A stretch of DNA of 24,440 nt from assembly GCA_043819795.1 (NCBI GenBank), contig JBDREN010000007.1, positions 1 through 24,440 of the forward strand, in the 5' to 3' direction. The position numbers were made by a program, and so were the translations under genes. This document shows, in pieces, positions 16,155-24,344 of the stretch. The DNA comes from Elusimicrobiota bacterium. Its GTDB lineage: Bacteria > Elusimicrobiota > Elusimicrobia > UBA1565. The notes under the pieces were generated by a model that was not told the DNA's origin, searched no databases, and saw only the letters and a list, made by a program, of their open reading frames with translations. Within the stretch, counting starts at the first letter, position 1. Each line of letters starts with the position of its first letter.

Positions 16155-18015
16155 GGCTTGCCTCCTTTTTTTGTCCGATCGTGAAAAAGAACGTCGCGCC
16201 TTCGCCCGGGCTGGCCTCGGCCCAGATCCGGCCGCCATGCAGGGTGATGATGCGCCGGACGGTCGCCAGGCCGATGCCGTTGCCTGGGAACTCCTCGGTT
16301 CTGTGCAGGCGCTGGAAAGCCTGGAAGAGCTTGCCGGCGTAGGCCATGTCGAATCCCGCGCCGTTGTCGCGCACGAAAAGCGTCGTCATCCCGTCCTCGA
16401 TGGCGGCGCCGAATCGGATGCGCCCTTTGGGCAGCTTGCCGGTGAATTGCCACGCGTTGCCGATGAGATTCTCCAGGGCGATCTTTATGAGGGCCGCGTC
16501 GCCATCGAGCGAGACGCCCTCCTCGATGTCCAGCTCGACATCGCGGCCCGGGTTCGCCTTCCGCAAGTCTCCGGCCACCGCCAGGGCGAGCGCGCTCATG
16601 TCCAGATTTCCCCAGGAGATTTCCCTCCGAGTGACCCTGGAGAGGCTGAGCAAGTCGTCTATGAGCGATCCCATGCGCTGCGCGGCGGCGCGGACCCGCT
16701 GGAGATGTTGTCGGCCTTCCGCGTCCAGTTTTTCCCCAGAGTCCTCGAGCAGCGCGAGGCTGAAGCCGTCTATGCTTCTGAGCGGGGCCCGCAGGTCGTG
16801 GGAGACGGAGTAGGCGAAAGAGGCCAGCTCTTCGTTGGTCGCTTCAAGCTGGGAGGAGTACCGCTTCAGTCTCTCGGCCGCCCGCCTGCTCTCTGTGATG
16901 TCGGTATGGACCGAGATCAATACCTTTCCGTATTCATGGTGCTGGAACAAGGATACGCTGGCATGGCACCAGAAGCGGGCGCCGTCCTTCTTGATGTTCT
17001 CGACCTCGCCTTGCCAGGTCCCTTTTTCCTCCAGCTCCGCCATGACCCTTTTCACGGTCGCGGCCGGATCGAGGTCTCCGGGGGCATTGACTATCGAAAC
17101 ATGCTTTCCGAGCATCTCCCCGGGCCCATAGCCGAACATCTCTTCGAATTTAGGATTGGCGACCAAGATCGTGCCGTCAGCGGCCCTGATGAGGTAAACC
17201 CCTTCGCCCACATTGGCCATGATCTCGCCGTGAAGGCGCATATCGGCTTGTGCGGCTTCGCGCTCCGTGATGTCGGTGAGAGTCCCGACCCATTCCCGGA
17301 TGCCGCCGTTATCCCCGAACACCGGCACGCCTTTCACGCTGAAGAGGCGATAGGCGCCGTCGCGGCGGCGCAGGCGATACTGGGTGTCGTAAATGGAGCG
17401 CGTCTTTACCGCCTCCTCCCAGGCGGCCGCGGCCCCTTGCCGGTCTTCCGGATGCAGCGCGTCGAGCCAGCCCGATCCCCGTATCTCCCCGACGCTCTGG
17501 CCGGTGAAAGCCCTGTAGGCGGGAATATCCTCGCTCACCGCCCCTCGGGGGTCGGTCGTCCAGACGATTTGCGACGTCGCGCTCACCAGCGAGCGGAAAC
17601 GCTCTTCGCTCCGGCGCAGGTCCGTCTTCTGCCGGTCAAGGCGCAGGAAGACCGCGACCTTGCTGCGCAGTATCTGGGGGTCGAAGGGCTTGGTGATGAA
17701 GTCCACCGCGCCGGTCTCATAGCCCTTGAAGACATGCGCCTCTTCGGTGTAGGCCGCGGTCAGGAATATGACGGGCAGCTCTCGGGTCTTCTCCTCCCCG
17801 CGCAGGAGCCCGGCGAGCTCGTAGCCGTCCATCCCGGGCATCTGCACGTCCAATATCGCCGCGGCGAAATCGTGGTTGAGGCTGGCGGCCAGGGCCGCAT
17901 CGCCGCTGGCGGCCTTGACGAGCTCCGCCCCCGTGGCCTTGAGCACCTTCTCGAGAGCCAACAGGTTTTCGGCCTTGTCGTCCACGATAAGGAGCTTCTG
18001 CTTGTGCGCCGTCAT
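16120..18015 (-). CDS. REC-PAS-PAS histidine kinase with phytochrome (Cph1)-type transmitter
   Basis: LLIVDD...ILDVQMP...ITKPF; two PAS; FAYSVSHDLRAPLR; DNGAGFD; FQRLH; GIGLA. Confidence 0.95.
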   Translation of the reverse strand: MTAHKQKLLIVDDKAENLLALEKVLKATGAELVKAASGDAALAASLNHDFAAAILDVQMPGMDGYELAGLLRGEEKTRELPVIFLTAAYTEEAHVFKGYETGAVDFITKPFDPQILRSKVAVFLRLDRQKTDLRRSEERFRSLVSATSQIVWTTDPRGAVSEDIPAYRAFTGQSVGEIRGSGWLDALHPEDRQGAAAAWEEAVKTRSIYDTQYRLRRRDGAYRLFSVKGVPVFGDNGGIREWVGTLTDITEREAAQADMRLHGEIMANVGEGVYLIRAADGTILVANPKFEEMFGYGPGEMLGKHVSIVNAPGDLDPAATVKRVMAELEEKGTWQGEVENIKKDGARFWCHASVSLFQHHEYGKVLISVHTDITESRRAAERLKRYSSQLEATNEELASFAYSVSHDLRAPLRSIDGFSLALLEDSGEKLDAEGRQHLQRVRAAAQRMGSLIDDLLSLSRVTRREISWGNLDMSALALAVAGDLRKANPGRDVELDIEEGVSLDGDAALIKIALENLIGNAWQFTGKLPKGRIRFGAAIEDGMTTLFVRDNGAGFDMAYAGKLFQAFQRLHRTEEFPGNGIGLATVRRIITLHGGRIWAEASPGEGATFFFTIGQKKEASHDQRGHPIGGR

Positions 18016-19244
18016 GGCCTCTCTTGTGCCAGCTTGCTCAGGCCCATGTCAGGCTTAGTCCTATGGGCGGCTCGCGTCGAGCGGGAGCCAGTACCGTAGA
18101 CCGTATCGTCCCGCCAGTCACGCGAGGCCTCCTTCTTGTGTCCGATCGTGAAGAAGAACGCGGCGCCCTTGCCCGGACCGGCCTCGACCCAGACCCGGCC
18201 GCCATGCCGGGCGATGATCCTCTGGACGGTGGCCAGGCCGATGCCGGTTCCGGGGAAGTCCTCGGTCCGGTGCAGGCGCTGGAAAGCCTGGAAGAGCTTG
18301 TCGGCATGGGCCATGTCGAATCCCACGCCGTTGTCGCGCACGACAAGCGTCATCTGCCCCTCCGCGCGGGTCGCGCGGAATTGGATCCGCGCCTTGGGCA
18401 GCTTGCCGGTGAATTTCCAAGCATTACCCATGAGATTCTCCAGGACGATCTTCATGAGCCCCGCGTCAGCGTTGAGCGAGATCCCATCTTCGATATCGAA
18501 CTCGACATCGCGGCCCGGGTCCGCCTGCTGCAGGTCTTGGGCCACCGCTTGGGCAAGAGCGCTCATGTCCGTATTTCCACGGGAGATCTCCTTCTGCGTG
18601 ACCCGGGACAGGCTCAGTAGATCGTCTATGAGCGCGCCCATGCGCTGCGCGGCGGCGCGGACCCGATGGAGATGCTGCCGGCCCTTCGCGTCCAATTTCT
18701 CTTCATAATCCTCGAGCAGGGCGAGGCTGTAGCCGTCAATGGCCCTCAGCGGGGCCTTCAGGTCGTGAGAAACGGAGTAGGAGAAAGCGGCCAATTCCCT
18801 GTTGCTGGCTTCGAGCGCGGCGGTGCGACGAATGACGAGCTCCTCGAGCTTCTCTTTGGTCGCCGCCAGGCGCAGGAAGATCTCGATCTTGCTGCGCAGT
18901 ATGCTGGGCTCGAAGGGCGTGGTGATGAAGTCCACCGCGCCGGTCTCATAGCCCTTGAATATGTGCGCCTCGTCGGTGTAGACCGCGGTCAGGAATATGA
19001 TGGGCAGCTCTCGGGTCTTCCGCTCCCCGCGCAGGAGCCCGGCGAGCTCGTAGCCGTCCATCCCGGGCATCTGCACGTCCAATATCGCCGCGGCGAAATC
19101 GTGGTTGAGGCTGGCGGCCAGGGCCGCATCGCCGCTGGCGGCCTTGACGAGCTCCGCCCCGGTGCCCTGGAGCACCTTCTCAAGAGCCAACAGGTTTTCG
19201 GCCTTGTCGTCCACGATAAGGAGCTTCTGCCGCTGGGCGGTCAT
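18012..19244 (-). CDS. REC-histidine kinase, paralog of 16120-18015 without PAS
   Basis: Near-identical REC; FSYSVSHDLKAPLR; NAWKFT; DNGVGFD; GTGIGLA. REC Lys replaced (ITTPF). Confidence 0.92.
   Translation of the reverse strand: MTAQRQKLLIVDDKAENLLALEKVLQGTGAELVKAASGDAALAASLNHDFAAAILDVQMPGMDGYELAGLLRGERKTRELPIIFLTAVYTDEAHIFKGYETGAVDFITTPFEPSILRSKIEIFLRLAATKEKLEELVIRRTAALEASNRELAAFSYSVSHDLKAPLRAIDGYSLALLEDYEEKLDAKGRQHLHRVRAAAQRMGALIDDLLSLSRVTQKEISRGNTDMSALAQAVAQDLQQADPGRDVEFDIEDGISLNADAGLMKIVLENLMGNAWKFTGKLPKARIQFRATRAEGQMTLVVRDNGVGFDMAHADKLFQAFQRLHRTEDFPGTGIGLATVQRIIARHGGRVWVEAGPGKGAAFFFTIGHKKEASRDWRDDTVYGTGSRSTRAAHRTKPDMGLSKLAQERP
18061..18121 (-). pseudogene. Internally deleted remnant of an Rcp1-like gene inside the kinase tail
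   Basis: AAGGAGG + GTGAC at the position equivalent to the intact rcp start, then TACTGGCTCCCGCTCGACG..CCGCCCA, matching the intact 3' end TACTGGCTCCTGCTCAACG..CCGCCCA. Confidence 0.7.
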
Positions 19245-19555
19245 GGCATTTCCTCCGCCAGCTTGTTGAGCGCCGCGCCGATCTCCCGGAGCGTCGCGAT
19301 TCTCTCAACGCCTCCCGCCTCGATGGCGGAGCGGGGCATCACCGGGTGCTCCGCGCCGGCGGGGTCCTGGGCGAAAGTGCGCCCCCCGAGCCCGCGGATC
19401 GCCAGCATCCCGGCCGCGCCGTCGGGGCTGGCTCCCGTGAGGAGGACGCCTATCACGCCGGAGCGCCAGGCGCGTGCCGCGCTCTCGAAGAGCACGTCTA
19501 TAGACGGCCGCGAGTGGTTCACTTTTTTCAATGGGTCTGCTGAATAAAAAGACAC
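19241..19555 (-). pseudogene. cheB: C-terminal fragment of CheB-type methylesterase
   Basis: SRPSIDVLFESAA, GVLLTGASPDGAAG, GGRTFAQDP, MPRSAI present; N-terminal half with the catalytic Ser (GxSxGG) and His is absent. Confidence 0.88.
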
Positions 19556-19608
19556 CGCCTCACCCGGGCGGGAGGGTAGTTTCCCTTAATAGGGCGATGC
19601 AAAGACGT

Positions 19609-19654
19609 TTAATACGAGTATTAATAGTTTACATCTAATAGGTGCGGATTGCTA
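19609..19654 (-). promoter_or_regulatory. Candidate promoter with palindromic operator
   Basis: Minus TAGCAA-N17-TAAACT (19654-19626), followed by perfect palindrome TTAATAC-GA-GTATTAA (19609-19624). Confidence 0.5.
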
Positions 19655-19804
19655 TAGGGAAAAGCCGTATTCTGACCTGGGGGAAAATCCCAGAGGAAGG
19701 CGCGGGCAGGATGCCTGTGCCGATGGCGAAAGGGCGCCGGGATGGAGGGGGGCCCTGCACCGCTTCGCGACGCGGCGCGGGGGGGCCGAAAGGGCGTCGG
19801 GCGG

Positions 19805-20530
19805 CTAAGACCCCCCGCGGGCTCGGCCTCGGCGCCGTTGTTCGACGAGGCCCCATTCCACGGCGAGCCGGACGAGCTCGGCGGAGCCCCTCAGGCCCAG
19901 TTTCTTCTTTATGTTCTCGCGGTGGGATTGGACCGTCTTGACGCTGCGGTGGAGCGTGTCGGCTATCTCCCGCGTCCCCCGGCCCCGGCCGATGAGGCGG
20001 AAGATCTCCATCTCCCGGTCGCTCCGCGCCTGGATGGGGGAGGCGCCTGGGCGCGCCGTGCCGAGGCCGATGCCGACCTGCCGGCGCATGATGTCGGACC
20101 GGACGGCGTCGCTCAGGAAGATATCGCCCTTCAGGACCCGGCGGACCGCCCGGACCAGGTTCGCCGTCAGCGCTTCCTTCATGATGTAGCCTTGGGCCCC
20201 GGCCCGGAGGGCCCGCTCGGCGTAGACCGACTCGTCGTGCATGGAAAGGATCAGGATGGGCAGCTTGTGCCTTCGGGCCCTGATCCGCTTGACGAGCTCG
20301 ATCCCGTCGTCCCCCTTGAGCGAGATGTCCACGACGGCCATGTCCGGCGATCTTTCCTTGACGGCGAGAAGCGCGGCGTGGGCATCGTGGACGATGCCGC
20401 AGACCCTGAGACCCGGCTGCTGGCCGAGGACCTCCGCCAGGCCCCGGGCCACGATAGGATGGTCGTCCACGATGAGGATCCCGCCCCGCATCGGTCCCGG
20501 CCCGGCCCGGGCGCCTTTGCCGGCCGTCAT
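19805..20530 (-). CDS. NarL/LuxR-family response regulator
   Basis: ILIVDDHPIV, VVDISL, ILSMHDE, GAQGYIMK, SDREMEIFRLIGRG...EIA..L..SVKTV.SHRENIKKKLG. ATGA overlap with the kinase; alternative start 20491. Confidence 0.95.
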   Translation of the reverse strand: MTAGKGARAGPGPMRGGILIVDDHPIVARGLAEVLGQQPGLRVCGIVHDAHAALLAVKERSPDMAVVDISLKGDDGIELVKRIRARRHKLPILILSMHDESVYAERALRAGAQGYIMKEALTANLVRAVRRVLKGDIFLSDAVRSDIMRRQVGIGLGTARPGASPIQARSDREMEIFRLIGRGRGTREIADTLHRSVKTVQSHRENIKKKLGLRGSAELVRLAVEWGLVEQRRRGRARGGS

Positions 20531-23307
20531 GCTCCGCCCTTGGCGGCTTGGCCCCGCGAGCGTAAGGAGCAGACGACTTTGGTCCCCTTGCCCGCCCCGC
20601 TTTCGATCCTCAGCGAGCCATGGACGAGGCCCGCGCGGTGCCTCATGATCTCGAGCCCCATGCCATCGCCCCTCTTCGAGGGGTCCGGCAGGCCCACGCC
20701 GTCATCCTCCACGGTCAGGAGGACAGTCCCCTCGCGCTGCTCGAGGCCGATCGAGATCTCCGAGGCTTTGGCATGGCGCGCGGCGTTGTGGGCGGCCTCC
20801 TGGGCGATGCGGTAAAGCTGCGTGGCGACCGCCGCGTCCTGAAGCGATACCGGCTGGTCCGCCCGGAAGCGGCACGCGACCCCGAAGTTGGACCGCACGT
20901 GGGAGGCCAATCCCTCGAGAGCGTGCATCAGTCCCTCCGGCTTCGCCACGACAGGGACCAGCCCTTTGGCCAACCTGCGGACATCGGCCACGGCCTCATC
21001 CACATACCGGACGATCTCGGTCGCCGCGCCCGCTCCGGCGTCGGATCGGGCCGCCAGCCTTTCTTGGAGCGCGTGGCAAATCAGCGACACGCCCGTGAGC
21101 TTCTGGCCCAGCTCATCGTGCAGGTCGTTGCCGATCCGCCGCCGTTCCCAATCACTGATCCTCAGGACCTCGGCCTCCAGCCGCCGGCGTTCGGCGATGT
21201 CTTTGATGATGGCGGCCAGGCCGATCGGCTTGCCGTCCGATCCTTTGACGACGAAGGTCGTGAGCAGAATGGGGACCCGGCTGCCGTCCTTCCTGATGTA
21301 CTCCTTTTCGTACTCCGTGGGGCGGCCCGTCCTCAAAACCCTTTCTACGATCCCGGCCTCGTACCCGTGGTACTCATTCGGCGTGAGATCCTGATATCTT
21401 TTCCCGGCCAGCAATTCCTCCCTGGGATAGCCGGTTAGGCCGCAGAAGGCATCGTTTATATGGGTCAACGTCCCGTCCGGATCGGCGAACACTATGGCGT
21501 CTTTGGAGGACTCGTAGAGGCCGGTGAACCGGTCCTGAAGCGTCCGGGCCTCCTCCTCCAAGCGCTTGCGCTCGGTGACGTCCCGGTAGACCGCGACGAC
21601 CTTGCCGGAGGGCAGCCTGTAGACGAAGTTTTCGCGCCAGCCCGCGATCCGGCCGTCCTCATAGAAGCTCAGGGGGTGATGCTCGCTCTTCCCGGTCCTC
21701 CATACGCGGCGGAAGACGTCCAGGAGGCCGAACTTCTCGACCCCGGGAAACGCCTCCGTCACGCGCTTGCCGAGCAGCCTTTTTCTGCCGACGCCGTCGA
21801 TGACCTCCACGGAGGCGTTGACGTCCGTGAAGACGAAGTCGCTTCCCCCGTCGACGGCCTCATAGACCGCGATGCCGCCGGGGCTGGTCTCAAAGAGCCC
21901 CCTGTAGTTGGCCTCGCTCTCCAGCAGCTCCCTCTCGACGCGCTTGCGCTCGGTGATGTCGGATTGGACTGAGACCGCGACCGTCCCATATTCGGGATGG
22001 TCGAACAAGGAAACGGTCGCAGAGCACCAGAAAGGCGTCCCGTCTTTCTTGATGTTCTTGACCTCCCCTCGCCAGGACTTCTCCCTTCGCAGGGCCGCTA
22101 TGATCTCGCTTGCCGTCTCCTCGGGGCTCTTCTCGGTGGGGGCGTTGATTATGGAGATGTGCCTGCCCGCCAGCTCGCCGGGGGCGTAGCCGAACATCTT
22201 CTCGAACCTCGGATTCGCGTAGACGATCACGCCGTCGCTGAGCCGCATGAGATTGACCCCTTCCGACATATGGGCCATGATCTCGCCATGGAGGCGCAAC
22301 CTGTCCTCCGCTCGCTTGTGCTCGCAGGACTGTCCGATCTCCCTGGCCAGGGCATCAAGCAGGTCCCTCTCCTCCTTGAGGAACGGCCCATCGTCGGCTG
22401 CCGGTCGTTCCTGGAGATAGTACACCTCCACGGCTCCCGTCTTCTTGCCGGAGACCATGATGTCCGCGGATTGCCCCCATGCCGTCTCCCTGAAGCCGGG
22501 CGTCTCGAACCGCCGTCCCTCGCAGGTGATCCGGGCGCGGGCGATGTCCGGATACTGCCAGGCGGGCGGGATCAAAAGGGCGATCCCCCGAACGACCTCA
22601 TCGATGGACGTGCCGGGTCCCATCGCGATCCTGGTGGCCTCAAAGAGGCATTTGAGCTCCTTGACGCGCTCGCCGAGTTGATGGGAGGTCCGCCGCAGCG
22701 CCTCCGCGGCCGCCCTGCGGTCCTGGCTTTCGAAAATCTTCCAGCCGCCTTCCCGCCGGATGAGGGCGAAGCGATGGCGCTCGGCCACCTCGAGGACCTC
22801 GGCCGCGTCGCACCGCTCGAGGGCATAGGAGCACATAGCGAGCATGCGGTGCTCGCCGATGACGCCGTTCACCGCTTCCTCATGGGCGGCGAAATCCTTC
22901 CAGTCCTTTTTCTCGAGCCAAAAGATGTTCCCGCTGAGGCGCAGCCCGTCGAATCCCTTTCTCAAGGCATGCTCTTCTTTCTCGAGCCAGCCTTTGAGTA
23001 CGCTGTCGGCGTCGAAGCTTCCTGACGGGGTGTACCACCGGCCGGCGTCCAGGATCTCGATGCGGCCCCGCCGGATATGCTCGTCGAGGTCCTTGACCGC
23101 TTCCCGGAGCGAGGACTTCGCGTCTTCGGCCCCCAACGGGTCCGAAGCGATCCACATGCAGAATTCGTTGCTCTCCAACCCGGCCTTGAAGTAGGGCACC
23201 AAGACGTCGCTCAGGTCCTCTTTGGTCCGGCAGAAATGGCAGAAGTGGGTCCCCCACGGGGCGTCACCGATCACGTCGATTCCCGTCTTTCTAGCGTGTG
23301 CCGTCAT
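20527..23307 (-). CDS. MEDS-GAF-like-3xPAS HisKA_3 (NarX-type) histidine kinase
   Basis: MEDS pattern GIDVIGDAPWGTHFCHF...YFKAGLE.NE.C.W...GFDGLRLSG; three PAS; ERRRIGNDLHDELGQ; RIAQEA..NA.RHA; DDGVG; GMGL. Confidence 0.94.
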   Translation of the reverse strand: MTAHARKTGIDVIGDAPWGTHFCHFCRTKEDLSDVLVPYFKAGLESNEFCMWIASDPLGAEDAKSSLREAVKDLDEHIRRGRIEILDAGRWYTPSGSFDADSVLKGWLEKEEHALRKGFDGLRLSGNIFWLEKKDWKDFAAHEEAVNGVIGEHRMLAMCSYALERCDAAEVLEVAERHRFALIRREGGWKIFESQDRRAAAEALRRTSHQLGERVKELKCLFEATRIAMGPGTSIDEVVRGIALLIPPAWQYPDIARARITCEGRRFETPGFRETAWGQSADIMVSGKKTGAVEVYYLQERPAADDGPFLKEERDLLDALAREIGQSCEHKRAEDRLRLHGEIMAHMSEGVNLMRLSDGVIVYANPRFEKMFGYAPGELAGRHISIINAPTEKSPEETASEIIAALRREKSWRGEVKNIKKDGTPFWCSATVSLFDHPEYGTVAVSVQSDITERKRVERELLESEANYRGLFETSPGGIAVYEAVDGGSDFVFTDVNASVEVIDGVGRKRLLGKRVTEAFPGVEKFGLLDVFRRVWRTGKSEHHPLSFYEDGRIAGWRENFVYRLPSGKVVAVYRDVTERKRLEEEARTLQDRFTGLYESSKDAIVFADPDGTLTHINDAFCGLTGYPREELLAGKRYQDLTPNEYHGYEAGIVERVLRTGRPTEYEKEYIRKDGSRVPILLTTFVVKGSDGKPIGLAAIIKDIAERRRLEAEVLRISDWERRRIGNDLHDELGQKLTGVSLICHALQERLAARSDAGAGAATEIVRYVDEAVADVRRLAKGLVPVVAKPEGLMHALEGLASHVRSNFGVACRFRADQPVSLQDAAVATQLYRIAQEAAHNAARHAKASEISIGLEQREGTVLLTVEDDGVGLPDPSKRGDGMGLEIMRHRAGLVHGSLRIESGAGKGTKVVCSLRSRGQAAKGGA

Positions 23308-23582
23308 GTCCGTTCTCCCGCTGAAACGGTCCTTGCCATCGACGCGGCTTGCCGGACCCGCGATGATCCCCTCTCACCCGGCATCCCAACGGTTCGGGCC
23401 GGGCGCCCCTCCGGCATGCGTCGTCCGCGGTATCGCTTGTCTCGAGGAGCGACGCTGCCACGGGAAAGGGCGCGGGTCGTCTTTGCATAGGGCCGTTCAG
23501 GCCGGCGACGCTGCTGTTCCCCGTCGTGGGATGGTCCGCTCAGGTGTGACCGAAGGGGGCGCAAGACCGAACGCCTCTACTC

Positions 23583-23611
23583 AGTATAGCCAGCGATCTT
23601 GCGGCACGCAA
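23583..23611 (-). promoter_or_regulatory. Candidate sigma70 promoter for the MEDS kinase-NarL pair
   Basis: Minus strand TTGCGT-N17-TATACT. Confidence 0.55.
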
Positions 23612-23671
23612 TAGAGGATTTTGGGGATTTTGGGCTGGATTCCGGGCGGGGACCGGGGGCGGCCGGCGCCC

Positions 23672-24130
23672 TTACTGGAAACGCCTGCCGGAGAGCTCCT
23701 TGAGCCGCGAGACGGGAAGCCGCACGGTCACCTCGCAGCCGGCGTCGGCGGTGAACTCTGAGTTCACCAGGCCCGAGCGCGCGAAGACTGACTCGATGCG
23801 GCCGGCGAGCTCCGAGTCCGAATCCATGGCGCGGGCGAGGGCCGCGTCGTTGGAGAGGGGGACGTCCTTCGCGAGGGAGCGCATCTCGTATTGGGCCTGC
23901 AGGACGGTGGCCTCCAGGGCCATGGCGGCGCACTCGCTCGTGGTGCCCGCGGCGAAGGCGGTCCCGCCCGTCGCGGCGCGCGCCGGGGCCCGCTCCGCGG
24001 CCGACCTTCCGGCGTCCACGTCGCCGGCGTAGTGCAGCGGGCGGCTGTCCACTCCCGCGTATCCCGTGCCGACGAGCCAGATCGCCAGGGCCAAGGTGAC
24101 CGTCTTGAGTATGTGCTCTTTTATCTTCAT
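23672..24130 (-). CDS. Exported protein, LPP20/FlgP-like
   Basis: Signal peptide (MKIKEHILKTVTLALAIWLVGTGYA); the C-terminal A..QA....R.L...V.L.......AM.SD......I.............G..EVTVRLP pattern resembles LPP20/FlgP. No lipobox Cys. Confidence 0.6.
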   Translation of the reverse strand: MKIKEHILKTVTLALAIWLVGTGYAGVDSRPLHYAGDVDAGRSAAERAPARAATGGTAFAAGTTSECAAMALEATVLQAQYEMRSLAKDVPLSNDAALARAMDSDSELAGRIESVFARSGLVNSEFTADAGCEVTVRLPVSRLKELSGRRFQ

Positions 24131-24152
24131 GGTATTTCCCTCGCTCAGTATT

Positions 24153-24279
24153 AGGGTAGCGGACGCGGCTCAAGCGAACCTCAGGGAGCGCTCAAATATT
24201 CCTCAACTAAGGAGGGCTTGGGTATTTGAGGATTAGTTGAGAAGTACTTGAGGGTGAAGGGAGCGCGGGGGGCTATGCT
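24153..24279. promoter_or_regulatory. Back-to-back four-box TGAG promoters
   Basis: Minus: TTGAG 24202, TTGAG 24191, CTGAG 24180, TTGAG 24169, 10 bp, TACCCT. Plus: TTGAG 24226, 24237, 24248, GGGAG 24259, 10 bp, TATGCT 24274. Confidence 0.8.
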
Positions 24280-24344
24280 CATAAGAGGCCGGCAGCAGCG
24301 GCCGGGAAGTGGACGGCGAGACTCCGGCTACGGACGGATCGATC

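Noticed and set aside
16120..19244. Bacteriophytochrome light sensors
   Set aside because: Only the transmitter is Cph1-like; no PAS-GAF-PHY photosensory core and no LOV NCRFLQ motif are seen.
19241..19555. Functional chemotaxis locus
   Set aside because: cheB is truncated and no cheA, cheW, cheR or MCP is in the window.
23612..23643. GGATTTTGG short tandem repeats as another binding array
   Set aside because: Two to three 9-bp units only, not in the 11-bp register, and not seen at other promoters.
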